A stretch of 64,000 bases of DNA from an uncultured Chloroflexia bacterium (GTDB taxonomy: Bacteria > Chloroflexota > Dehalococcoidia > DSTF01 > JALHUB01), in assembly GCA_963726245.1 (NCBI GenBank), contig CAVSBT010000025.1, positions 32,001-96,000 of the forward strand, in the 5' to 3' direction. The position numbers were made by a program, and so were the translations under genes. Shown here in pieces: positions 24,841 through 37,572 of this stretch (positions are counted from its first letter, which is position 1; each line of letters starts with the position of its first letter). Below the pieces are notes generated by a model. It saw only the letters and a list, made by a program, of their open reading frames with translations. It did no database searches and had not been told where the DNA came from.

Positions 24841-24893
24841 GTAGGGACAGAGCTTTAGCTCTGTCCAGGGCCGAGCTGAAGCTCGGCCCCTAC
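24841..24893. repeat. GTAG-type REP doublet (REPIN-like)
   Basis: GTAGGGACAGAGC-TTTA-GCTCTGTCC plus inverted GGGCCGAGC-TGAA-GCTCGGCCCCTAC. Confidence 0.75.
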
Positions 24894-25406
24894 AGCAACA
24901 CCAGCAGCGGAGCGCCCTGCTCGACGCGCTGGCCGGCGGAGACGTAGACGGCCTTCACGGTGCCGTCGTGGCGGGCGCGCAGCTCGTTCTGCATCTTCAT
25001 GGCCTCGATGACCACGACGACGGCGCCCGCCTTCACCTCGTCGCCCGGAGACACGTGCACCTCCCGGATGACGCCCGTCATGGGGGAGGCGAGAACCCAC
25101 TCGCCGGCGAGGCTGGGCGCTTCCGGAGGCCTGACGGCCGCCGGCGAGACCCTTGTGGGGCGCGTCGTCACGGCGTAGGTGTGGGCGTCGATGATGATCT
25201 GGTAGCCGTGAGGGGTCTCTTCGGCGAAGAAGTCGCAGGGGCGGTTGTCAACGATGATGGAGTAGTGGGCGGATTGGCTGATGCGCTCCAGGCTGACCGG
25301 GAATGAGACGCCGTTCAGCGTTGAGGTGGAAGAGCCCGCCTTCTTTCTCCTCCACCTCTACCTCGGCTTCGCGGTCGCCCAGCCTCAACTGATACTTCGA
25401 CGCCAT
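24890..25406 (-). CDS. Biotin carboxyl carrier protein (frameshifted)
   Basis: SPMTG...EAMKMQNE biotinylation motif; N-terminus MASKYQLRLGDREAEVEV lies in another frame. Confidence 0.85.
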
Positions 25407-26940
25407 CCCATGCCTCGCCCCTCGAAGGCGGCTGCGCGCCCGGCGCGGCGCCACGCGGCTGCCATTGGCGGCGGGCGCCTCGGTTAGGGGAGCCGAGCGT
25501 CGCTTCAGGTGGGTAAGCAGGGCGGTCGCCAGAAGGGCAACCTGCTCGCTCGTGCCGTCGCTGGGCGGCGCCATCGAGAACTCCTTCTCCAGGAAGGAAG
25601 TGGAGATATCGCCGGCCAGGAAGCGGGCGTCAGCCAGCATCTGGAGATGGAAGGGGATGTTGGTCTCGATGCCCACGATGACGAACTCGCTCAGGGCGCG
25701 CTGCATGCGCTGGATCGCCTCGCTGCGGTCGCGCCCCCAGGTGATGACCTTGGCGACCATAGGGTCGTAGTGGTAGGGGAGCTCGGAGCCGGAGAAGAGC
25801 GCGCTGTCGACGCGGACACCGGGGCCGCTCGGCTCTGCCAGGTAGTCGATGCAGCCCAGCGACGGCAGGAAGTTGTCGAACGGGTTCTCGGCGGTGACGC
25901 GGCACTCCAGCGCCCAGCCGGAGAGGCGCACGTCCTCCTGTCGAAGGGAGACGCGTTCGCCGGCAGCGATGCGGATCTGCTCCACTACGAGGTCGGCGCC
26001 CGACACCAACTCCGTCACGGGGTGCTCCACCTGGAGGCGGGTGTTCATCTCCAGGAAGTAGAAGCGGCGGTCCCGGTCCATGAGGAACTCAACGGTGCCG
26101 GCGCTCCGGTAGCCGGCCGCCCTCGCCGCCGCTACCGCCGCCCGGGAGAGCTGGTCCCTCAAGGTCGGCGTCCACGGCCGTGGAGGGGGACTCCTCGATC
26201 AGCTTCTGGTAGCGGCGCTGGATGGAGCACTCGCGCTCGCCGAGAGCGACCACGTTGCCGTGGTCGTCGGCCAGGACCTGCACCTCGATGTGGCGAACCG
26301 GCTCCATGTACTTCTCGATGAAGACCGCGTTGTCCCCGAAGGCGGAGAGGGCCTCGCTGCCGGCGACGCTGAGGGCGGCCTGCATCTCGCCGGGGTCGTT
26401 GACCAGGCGGATGCCCTTGCCACCGCCGCCGGCCAGGGCCTTGATGATCACCGGGAAGCCGATGTCGACGGCGGCCGCTTCCGCCTGCGCCAGGTCGTAC
26501 ATGGCGTCGGTGCCGGGCACGACGGGCACGCCGGCCTCGCTCACCATGCGCCGTGCCGTCACCTTGTCGCCCATGCGCCGGATGGCGTCGGGCGGCGGGC
26601 CGACCCAGACGATGCCGGCCTTCTGGCAGGCCTCGGCGAAGTCGGCGTTCTCGGCCAGGAAGCCGTAGCCGGGGTGGATGGCGTCGACGCGCGACCGGCG
26701 GGCCACCTCGATGATCTTCTTGATGTTCAGGTAGCTCTCGCGTGGAGGAGCGGGCCCCAGGAGGTGGGCCTCGTCGGCGTAGCGGACGTGGAGGGCGTTG
26801 CGGTCGACGTCGGAGTACACGGCGACGGGGGAGATGCCCATCTCGCGGCAGGCGCGCATCACCCGCAGGGCGATCTCGCCCCGGTTGGCGACCAGGAGCT
26901 TCTTGAACACCGAGAGCTTCTCCGGACGGGGCAGGAACAA
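25400..26940 (-). CDS. accC: Acetyl/propionyl-CoA carboxylase biotin carboxylase subunit (frameshift near 26160; 3' end approximate)
   Basis: KLLVANRGEIA, IHPGYGFLAEN, GGGGKG, ERECSIQRR, FLEMNTRLQVEHPVTE, YDPMVAK. Confidence 0.92.
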
Positions 26941-27052
26941 CTCAACAGGCCCTCTATCAGGGCCTGTACTTCATTTGTAACACACGTGGGGCCGGCGCGA
27001 CAAGCGAAGGGGCCGCGCGGGGGGCCCCTGGCGGAGTCAGACCGCTCCGCCC

Positions 27053-28788
27053 CTACCCCCTGCTCGCCACCTCGTCCTTGAGGCGGTCGATGACCTGGAG
27101 AAGGGGTAGGGCGCCCAGGTCCTCGCCGCTGCGACAGCGCACGGCCGCCGCCTCCGCCGCCATCTCCTTGTCGCCCACGACCAGCATGTAGGGCACCTTC
27201 TGAAGCTGGGCGTCGCGGATCTTGGCCTGCATGCGCTCGCCGCGCTCGTCCACCTCGACGCGCAGGCCGGCGGCGCGCAGCTCGCCGGCCACGCGGTGGG
27301 CGTACTCGACGTGGCGGTCGGCGATGGGGATCACCGTCGCCTGCACGGGGGCCAGCCAGAGGGGGAAGGCGCCGCCGTAGTGCTCGATCAGCACCCCCAG
27401 GAAGCGCTCCATCGAGCCCAGCAGGGCCCGGTGCACCATGTAGGGGCGGTGCTCGCGGCCGTCGTCGCCGACGAACGCCAGGTCGAAGCGCTCCGGCATG
27501 TTGAAGTCGAACTGGATCGTCGTGCACTGCCACTCGCGGCCCAGCACGTCCTTGATCTTCACGTCGATCTTGGGCCCGTAGAAGACGCCGCCTCCCTCGT
27601 CCACCTCAAACGGGAGGTTGGCGGCCGCGATGGCGCGACGGAGGGCATCCTCGGCCATGTCCCAGTCCTCGAGGGTGCCCACGAACTTGTCGGGCCGCGT
27701 CGACAGGTAGACCTGGAACTCCTGGAAGCCGAAGGTGCGCAGGAAGAAGAGGGCGAAGTCGACGGCGCGCCGGATCTCGTCCTCCACCTGGTCGGGGCGG
27801 CAGAAGATGTGCGCGTCGTCCTGGGTGAAGCCGCGGACCCGCAGGAGGCCGTGGAGCACGCCGCTGCGCTCGTAGCGATACACCGTGCCCAGCTCGGCCA
27901 GGCGCATCGGCAGGTCGCGGTAGCTGCGCGTGCTCGACCGGTAGATCTGGATGTGGAAGGGGCAGTTCATGGGCTTGACGAAGTACTCCTGCCCGTCCAC
28001 GTCCATCGGCGAATACATGCTTTCTTTGTAGAAGCCGAGGTGGCCGCTGGTCTGCCAGAGCGTCGACTTGCCGATGTGGGGCGAATAGACCAGCTCATAG
28101 CCAGCCGGCGTAGTGCTCCTGGCGCCAGAGGTCCTCGATGATGGTGCGGACGCGGCCGCCCTTGGGGTGCCAGTAGACGAGGCCGGGGCCGAACTCCTCG
28201 TGGAAGCTGAAGAGGTCCAGCTCGCGGCCCAGGCGGCGATGGTCGCGGCGCTGCGCCTCCTCCACGCGCTGCAGGTAGTCGTCCAGCTCCTCCTGTGTCT
28301 CGAAGAGGGCGCCGTAGATGCGCTGGAGCATGGGGTTGCGCTCGTCGCCGCGCCAGTAGGCGCCGGCGATGCTGGTGAGCTTGAAGGCCTTGACCTGCCC
28401 CGTGCTCTCCACGTGGGGCCCCTCGCAGAGGTCGAGGAAGGGGCCGTGGCGGTAGAGGCTGACCTTCTCGTCCTCGATGCCGTCGATGAGCTCCAGCTTG
28501 TAGGGCTGGCGCGGCGAAGAGGCGGCGCGCCTCGTCCTTGGGCGCCTGGCTGTGCTCGAAGGGCTGGTCGGCGGCTATCGACTGGCGCATGCGCTCCTCG
28601 ATGACCGCCAGGTCGTCCATAGTGAGGCTGCGCGGCAGCTCGAAGTCGTAGTAGAAGCCGCTCTCGATGGGCGGGCCGATGCCGAACCTGGTTTCGGGGA
28701 ACATCGAGAGGACGGCCTCGGCCATGATATGGGAGGCGGAGTGCCGCATGCGGTACAGGCGGTCCTCGTGGCTCTTCTTGTCGTTCAT
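27053..28788 (-). CDS. thrS: Threonyl-tRNA synthetase, short form lacking the TGS domain (frameshifts near 28510 and 28100)
   Basis: [67 protein letters not shown]. Confidence 0.95.
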
Positions 28789-29075
28789 CTTAGAATCCCC
28801 CGACGCTTTGCAATCCGGATGCCTGCGACCCAGCTAGCCCAACTCACCAATCCCAGCAGAACCAAGAGGCTACCAACGACGGCTGCGCTGCCCCAATGCC
28901 TAGACGCGATTGTCCAGACAAACACGCCCACCACCGCCAGTCGCACAAGCGTCTGGGGAGCCGTCAACAACGGGGGCAACCGGCCTCGGCCAGGCGCGAG
29001 GGTCTGTAACTCGCGCCTCATCTGGTAGGTCGGGCTAAGGAGCCACAGGATGATCGCCAAAGCCCTTGACCGCAC
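28785..29075 (-). CDS. Small hypothetical membrane protein (2-3 TM), coupled to thrS
   Basis: 96-aa ORF with AGGAG SD; its TGA overlaps the thrS ATG (ATGA); two strongly hydrophobic segments and a basic C-terminus. Confidence 0.6.
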   Translation of the reverse strand: MRSRALAIILWLLSPTYQMRRELQTLAPGRGRLPPLLTAPQTLVRLAVVGVFVWTIASRHWGSAAVVGSLLVLLGLVSWASWVAGIRIAKRRGILR

Positions 29076-29089
29076 GGCGGCGGCGCTCC

Positions 29090-29340
29090 TATCAAACGAA
29101 ACGCCTCCCTATCCCTCGCGGGACGGGAGGCCCAGCCTCTCGTGGTTCCACCCACGTTCTCCGCCCTAAGGCGGACTCGTTAGGCCGCTAACGGGTGCCT
29201 CCGGGGCCGGCTACGGTGGGAGCCTCGCCGGCCCAGCTCTGAGGTGGTTTTCGCGGTCGAATCGGCGAGGGGGCTTCCAGCCTGTGACCCCCTTCTCTGT
29301 CCGCCTGACGGCCGCTACTCGTCCTCGTCTCTGCTATTGC
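29090..29340 (-). promoter_or_regulatory. T-box riboswitch, Thr (ACC specifier)
   Basis: Minus strand: stem I with AGTA/GAA, AGAGA bulge and GCTG loop; specifier ACC (29248-29246); T-box GGGTGGAACCACG (29153-29141); terminator GCCTCCC..GGGAGGC-GTTTCGTTT; upstream of thrS. Confidence 0.92.
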
Positions 29341-29435
29341 GGGTGGGGCATCGCCGTAGCCCACACCCTATCCGACTTCACGTCGCAAGGATACCACAGA
29401 ATCGCGCCCAAGGCGGACACCGTGCGCGCGGCGGC

Positions 29436-30476
29436 CTATGACTGCAGAATGTAGCCCTGTGGGTTCACGACGATGATGCCGTCGTCGCCCAGGTCCTGCT
29501 CAAGGCCGCTGGGATCATCTCCCATGCTGGTCTCGATGAAGTAGGCGGTATCCCCCTTGTCGATGACGGTCTGTGCATCTCGGTACTGAGAACTGAGGGC
29601 CTTCAATGTCACACGGACCTTGCCACCCTCGTCCTGTACCGAAAGCTCGAAGCCGGACAGCGCCCTCTTGGTCTGAGAGCTAATTTCGCCGGGGTAGAGC
29701 TGAAACGCGTAGCGCTTGTATGGCGAGTCATCGAATCGAACAGACGACGGCACCCCGGCCGAAGGAGCGGGCGTCGGAGTCGTGCTAGGAGGGGTAGGCG
29801 ATGTCTGGGCGGGGGATTGTTGGGCGGCGTTCGATGACGAGGAGGCGATGGATTGTTGGGGCAGCGCCGGGCTGCCGCCTCCGGCGCCCCCCAAGAGGAA
29901 GGCCAGCCCCAAGACAACGGCGGCGACTAAGGCGGCCGCGGCGGACTGGACAGGCCACGCCGCTCGGGCGGGCAGGGGCCTCTTGGCTGTCCTCGCCCGG
30001 CGCTCACGAGGCCGGCCCGACGGGGAAAGGCGCGGCAGGACGTTATCGACCTGCCACGAGCGCACTGGGTCAATCGCCAGCCCGCTGGCCAGGGCAAGCA
30101 GTCCCACGTCGCGTATAACCAGGTCGCTTACGCCACCGTCCAGCCAGAGTCCCAGCACGACCCCCGAGAGGAGGCCCATCGCCAGCAGGCAGCCGGGCAC
30201 ATACAGCAGGCCAAGGATAACGGCGCTGGCCGATACGACCAGGAGATAGCCGTGAAGATGTATCAGGTCGTTCAGCGCAACGGGCGAGTGGTCGGCTACG
30301 AATGAGGGGACAAAGACTGCCCAGTCGGAGGGGTGGCGAAGCTCTTGAATACCAAACCAGCCTAGGACGAATCCCAGGCCGACACGCATGACGATGTGTC
30401 TGACACCGCCTCTATCGAGGTAACGCACGATTCTCCCTCTCTCCGCCTGGCTCCGCCGCCGCATCAGCCGGTGCAC
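29436..30476 (-). CDS. DoxX-like membrane protein with Pro/Ser/Thr linker and soluble C-terminal domain (start uncertain)
   Basis: RVGLGFVLGWFG..P..W...RDVGLL resembles DoxX; a further TM helix, a low-complexity linker and an acidic C-terminal domain follow. Confidence 0.6.
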   Translation of the reverse strand: MHRLMRRRSQAERGRIVRYLDRGGVRHIVMRVGLGFVLGWFGIQELRHPSDWAVFVPSFVADHSPVALNDLIHLHGYLLVVSASAVILGLLYVPGCLLAMGLLSGVVLGLWLDGGVSDLVIRDVGLLALASGLAIDPVRSWQVDNVLPRLSPSGRPRERRARTAKRPLPARAAWPVQSAAAALVAAVVLGLAFLLGGAGGGSPALPQQSIASSSSNAAQQSPAQTSPTPPSTTPTPAPSAGVPSSVRFDDSPYKRYAFQLYPGEISSQTKRALSGFELSVQDEGGKVRVTLKALSSQYRDAQTVIDKGDTAYFIETSMGDDPSGLEQDLGDDGIIVVNPQGYILQS

Positions 30477-30520
30477 TCGAAGGCCGGTGTGAGCAGTGGC
30501 TTCTCTGAGTCTCAGCGGAG

Positions 30521-30597
30521 TGGTGGGCGGTACTGGACTTGAACCAGTGGCCTCCGCGATGTCAACGCGGCGCTCTAACCAACTGAGCTAACCACCC
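30521..30597 (-). tRNA. tRNA-Val(GAC)
   Basis: Cloverleaf GGGTGGT...CCGCG-TTGACAT-CGCGG...GGTTCAAGTCC..ACCGCCCACCA; promoter TTGACT-17 bp-TACCAT at 30635-30607. Confidence 0.97.
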
Positions 30598-30639
30598 CCA
30601 ATCGAAATGGTAGCAAATCGGCGGTAGCGAGTCAACGTA

Positions 30640-31212
30640 AGTTCAGCTTCCCTGGAAGCAGGAGACAGAAGCCCCCCGACGGCTACGCTTGGCACCGCCG
30701 ACGACTCGGAATCGAGTCTAGTTGTAGATGGACTCGTTCAGTCTCCCCTCAATCTGACCTTAGACGACCTTGTCGCAATGCCAAGCAGCACGGAGTACGC
30801 CAAAATCTACTGCGTCTTTGATCCTGAGACTCCGGTCACCGAAGGTAACTGGACTGGAGTGAGACTTGGACTCGTGCTGGAACAGGCCGGTGTCTCTCCA
30901 GCGGCGATAAAGGTTGCTTTCTACGCTGCCGACGGTTTTGCGACTGACCTGACAGTCACAACGGCCATGCGTAACGATATCCTCCTGGCCTACGAGAAAG
31001 ATGGCCAGCCTCTGACAGAGGGTCTACGCCTGGTGGTTCCGGGGAAGTGGGGCTATAAGTGGATCAGCGAGCTCACCCACATCGCCCTCGTCGACTACGA
31101 TTTTCTTGGCCTTTATGAGAGCGAGGGGTTCTCCGACGAAGCGAACATCCCAGGATACGGGCCCGTGGGCGGCATAGCGAGTTCAGCTTCCCTGGTAGCA
31201 GGACAGAAGCCC
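30640..31212 (+). repeat. Pair of 33-35 bp imperfect direct repeats (30640-30674; 31180-31212)
   Basis: AGTTCAGCTTCCCTGGAAGCAGGAGACAGAAGCCC versus AGTTCAGCTTCCCTGGTAGCAGGA--CAGAAGCCC. Confidence 0.9.
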
Positions 31213-31230
31213 GGCGATCTGTTGCACTAG
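30675..31230 (+). pseudogene. Truncated molybdopterin-dependent oxidoreductase (sulfite oxidase/MsrP-like Mo-binding domain)
   Basis: LVVDGLVQSPLNLTLDDLVAMP..IYCV..WTGVRL..AYEKDGQPL..LRLVVPGKWGYKW. Homology starts upstream of ATG 30778, with no earlier start codon before the in-frame TAG at 30625. Confidence 0.7.
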
Positions 31231-31265
31231 TCGTCGACGCAGAGCCTGTAATACAATGCTTGCGT

Positions 31266-31341
<76 letters not shown>

Positions 31342-31344
31342 AAC

Positions 31345-31429
31345 GGGGAAGTGTCGGAACTGGTAGACGAGCATGATTTAGGATCATGTGCCGCAAGGCG
31401 TAGGAGTTCGAGTCTCCTCTTCCCCACCA
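31345..31429 (+). tRNA. tRNA-Leu(TAG)
   Basis: GGGGAAG..CATGA-TTTAGGA-TCATG, long variable arm GCCGCAAGGC, 3' CCA. Confidence 0.97.
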
Positions 31430-31550
31430 TCCGCCGTCCTTTTGGGCTCAGCCGTATCGAAGCCCGCCAGTGCCGGAGGGTGGTGGCGGCAGAGTTGACA
31501 TAAGTGCTCAGCGACAAGCGCATGGTCGTTGGGTACGGCTGGTAGGGGGA

Positions 31551-32538
<988 letters not shown>

Positions 32539-32549
<11 letters not shown>

Positions 32550-33558
32550 AGCAGGCGCCATGAGCGCCGTGGCCAGCGGCCCGTTCGACAATGTCCTGGT
32601 CGACATCCGCGACCTCAGGATGTACTTCCCCGTCACGGCGGGCATCATCTTCCAGCGCAAGATCGCCGACGTGAAGGCTGTCGACGGCGTGACCTTCTCC
32701 ATCCGGCGCGGCGAGACGCTGGGCCTGGTGGGAGAGAGCGGCTGCGGGAAGTCCACCACCGGCCGCTGCATCCTCCAGCTCTACCGTCCGACCGGCGGCG
32801 AGATCCTCTTCGGCGGCCGCGACCTGACGAAGGTCAAGGGCGGGGAGCTGCGCGGCTACCGGCGCAAGATGCAGATGATCTTCCAGGACCCCTACGCCTC
32901 CCTCAATCCCCGCATGACGGTGGGGAGCATCATCAGCGAGCCCCTGGCCATCCACGGCCTGGCCCGCGGACGCGCCCGCAAAGAGCGGGTGACGGAGCTG
33001 ATGCGCATCGTCGGCCTCAACCCCTTCTACGCCAACCGCTACCCTCACGAGTTCAGCGGCGGCCAGCGTCAGCGCATCGGCGTCGCCCGCGCCCTGGCCG
33101 TCGAGCCCGACTTCATCGTCTGCGACGAGCCCGTCTCCGCCCTGGACGTGTCCATCCAGGCGCAGATCATCAACCTGCTGATGGAGCTCCAGGCGCAGTT
33201 CACCCTCACCTACCTCTTCATCGCCCACGACCTCTCGGTGGTGCGGCACATCAGCGACCGCGTGGCGGTGATGTACCTGGGCAAGCTCATGGAACTCTCG
33301 GACCGCCAGGAGCTGTACGAGAACCCCCTGCACCCATACACGAAGGCGTTGCTTTCGGCGGTGCCGATCCCGGACCCGGCGGTCGAGACCCAGCGCGAGC
33401 GCATCATCCTCACAGGCGACGTGCCCAGCCCCGTGCGGCCTCCGCCGGGCTGCGTCTTCCACACTCGCTGCCCTATCGCCATCGAAGAGTGCCGGGTGCG
33501 CATTCCAGAGTGGCGAGAGGTGTCGCGAGGCCACTGGGTGGCTTGCCACAGGGTGTGA
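32539..33558 (+). CDS. Oligopeptide/dipeptide ABC transporter ATP-binding protein (OppF/DppF-like)
   Basis: [43 protein letters not shown]. Confidence 0.93.
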
Positions 33559-33640
33559 GGGAAACAGAGGGCAAAGGGCATAGCGGAGAACAAAGGGAAT
33601 AGGGCATAGGGCAAAGAACCAAGAACCGGAAGTAGGACAG
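33558..33640. repeat. Degenerate purine-rich heptamer tandem repeats
   Basis: AGGGCAA AGGGCAT ... AGGGAAT AGGGCAT AGGGCAA AGAACCA AGAACCG. Confidence 0.7.
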
Positions 33641-33677
33641 GGGCGGCAGGATTAACGGCCGCCTATTTGCGGGATCA

Positions 33678-33694
33678 TTGATACCTAGTATCAA
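33678..33694. promoter_or_regulatory. Fur/Zur-like operator palindrome
   Basis: Perfect AT-rich inverted repeat TTGATAC-CTA-GTATCAA (TTGA-N9-TCAA), 35 bp upstream of a metal-binding protein gene. Confidence 0.65.
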
Positions 33695-33729
33695 CAATCC
33701 AGACCGAGGTTCCCACATGAGCGCGAAAG

Positions 33730-34663
33730 ATGAGACCCTTCCAGGTTTCCGGGCGCCGCCGCAGGCTTGCCCGCTTCCTGCTGCTGATGGGGCTCGTGCT
33801 GGCGGCAGCCGCGCTGGCCGCAGCCTGCGGCGGTAACGGAGGACAGACCTCCCCGAAGACCGGCCCCAAGGTCGTCACCAGCATCGAGCTCTTCGCCGAC
33901 ATGATCCGGCAGGTGGGCGGCGGGCGGGCGCAGGTCACCGCCCTCGTGCCCGCCAGCGCCGACCCCCACACCTATGAGCCGGTCCCCTCCAAGGTCGTCG
34001 ATGTCAGCCAGGCAGACCTGGTGCTCATCAACGGTGTTGGCCTGGAGGAGACGCTTATGGACATCATCAAGAACAACGTCCGGAGCGGCGTCCCCGTCAT
34101 CGAGATGTCCTCCGGGCTGCCTGTGCTGGAAGGTGACACCCAGGGAACGGGGAATCCCCACCTCTGGCTAAACGTCCAGTACGCCATGCACTACGTCGAG
34201 GTCGCGCGCGACGCGCTCATCCAGGTGGACCCGGCAGGGTGAGACGGAGTACAGCGCCAATGCGCAGACCTATCTCGCCGAGCTGGAGACCCTGGATGGC
34301 CAGGTGCAGCAGAGCATCGCCTCCATTCCGGCCGAGCACCGTAAGCTTGTCACCTCCCACGACGCCTTCCCCTACCTCGCCCAGCGTTACGGGCTCGAGC
34401 TGGTGGGTTTCGTCATTCGCTCGCCGGGGCAGGAGCCCAGCGCCAGCGACGTGGCGGATCTGACGAGAACGATCGAGGCGCAGAAGGTTCCGGCACTGTT
34501 CGAGGAGCCCCAGTTCAGCGCCCGCGTCCTGGAGCTGGCGGCTGGGGACGCCGGCGTGCAGGTCTGCAGTCTCTACAGCGACGCCTTCGGCGACGGAGTC
34601 GACAGCTACGTCAAGCTGATGCAGTTCGACGCCGGCGAGCTGGCGCGCTGCCTGGGAGGGTAG
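33730..34663 (+). CDS. Zn/Mn ABC transporter substrate-binding lipoprotein (ZnuA/MntA family; frameshift near 34240)
   Basis: Lipobox AAAC, DPHTYEP, NPHLWL, SHDAFPY, EPS. Confidence 0.9.
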
Positions 34664-34712
34664 CCTTACCTCTCGTTGAGGCCCCTGGAGCCCTGTGCTA
34701 CGATGGCCTGCG

Positions 34713-36545
<1,833 letters not shown>

Positions 36546-36588
36546 CGCCTCGTCTCTCCTAGAAGCCGCCGCTCGCTGGTGTCAAGCG

Positions 36589-36716
36589 CCGCTCACCCGA
36601 GCTGAAGGGTGAGCGGTTCGCACCGGTGAGCTTGTCGAACCACGAGCGGCCCACCCGGTGTAGCGGAGGGCTTCAGCCCTCCACAGCGCCGGTGGCGACC
36701 TGAAGGTCGCCGCTAC
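36589..36716. repeat. Cluster of palindromic repeats including a GTAG REP doublet
   Basis: CCGCTCACCC..GGGTGAGCGG; GGTTCG..GTGAGCTTGTCGAACC; GTAGCGGAGGGCT-TC-AGCCCTCC plus GGCGACC-TGAA-GGTCGCCGCTAC. Confidence 0.7.
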
Positions 36717-37527
36717 GTCGCCCTAGGCAGGGCGCCGGCAGCTCGTTCTCCACGAAGTCCGTCAGCACGGCGGTGAACGCCTCCGGCACCTCCAGCGGGG
36801 CCGAGTGTCCGACGCGGTGGAAGACCTGCAGGCCGCAGTTGGGGATGCGGCTCTGCGTCGCCAGCATCGATTGCAGAGGGACAATGACGTCTTTGTCGCC
36901 GCCCATCAGGAGGGCGGGCGTGCTGATCTCGCCCAGGCGGGCGCTGAGGTCGGTGGCGAGGATAGCCGCCATGGAATCCAAGGCGTGGGCGGGGCTGACC
37001 GACATGCCAAGGTCCAGGAGGGTCTCGTTGAGGCGCTGATCGATGGGCCGGAGGATGGCAAGCTGGTACCACATTCGGGCCACGTCGCGGTTGGTGGTGA
37101 ACTGGCCCGTCACCGTTTCGAGCACCTGGCGCTGGTCCGCCGGCAGGTCGACGGGGTCTGGCGGAGCCGGGTCGACGAGCACGAGGCCGCGCAGCAGCTC
37201 TTTGTGCGACAGGGCAAACTGGATGCCGGTGAGGCCGCCCATGGAGTGGCCGACGTAGACGAAGTCCTTCAGGTCGAGAGCACGGCAGAACTGGAACACG
37301 TCCTCGGCATACTGCTCGATGTTGTAGCCGGAGGGCGGCCTGTCGCTCCCGCCGGCGCCGCGCAGGTCCGGGGCGTAGACGTGGTAGCGGGCCGGGTCGA
37401 GGCGCTCCAGGACGAGGCTCCACCACTGCCAGCAGGCCGTGTAGCCGTGGACGAGAAGGAGGAGGTTGGGGCCGCGGCCCCGCTCCTCGTAGTTCAACCG
37501 TACGTCACCCGCCTGAACTGATGGCAT
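36673..37527 (-). CDS. Alpha/beta hydrolase
   Basis: LLVHG, DLRGAG, GHSMGG nucleophile motif, catalytic Asp (DKD) and His (GHS). Confidence 0.92.
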   Translation of the reverse strand: MPSVQAGDVRLNYEERGRGPNLLLLVHGYTACWQWWSLVLERLDPARYHVYAPDLRGAGGSDRPPSGYNIEQYAEDVFQFCRALDLKDFVYVGHSMGGLTGIQFALSHKELLRGLVLVDPAPPDPVDLPADQRQVLETVTGQFTTNRDVARMWYQLAILRPIDQRLNETLLDLGMSVSPAHALDSMAAILATDLSARLGEISTPALLMGGDKDVIVPLQSMLATQSRIPNCGLQVFHRVGHSAPLEVPEAFTAVLTDFVENELPAPCLGRRSGDLQVATGAVEG

Positions 37528-37572
37528 GACACACTCCTTTTGGCTCGGCTCCCAGTTCCTGGTTCCTGATTC

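Noticed and set aside
30640-31212. CRISPR array
   Set aside because: Only two repeats, a 505-bp interval and no cas genes. Kept as a direct-repeat finding instead.
34236-34245. Selenocysteine or readthrough at the TGA in the metal-binding protein gene
   Set aside because: Homology continues in a different frame (extra G in a G-run), so this is an indel and not readthrough.
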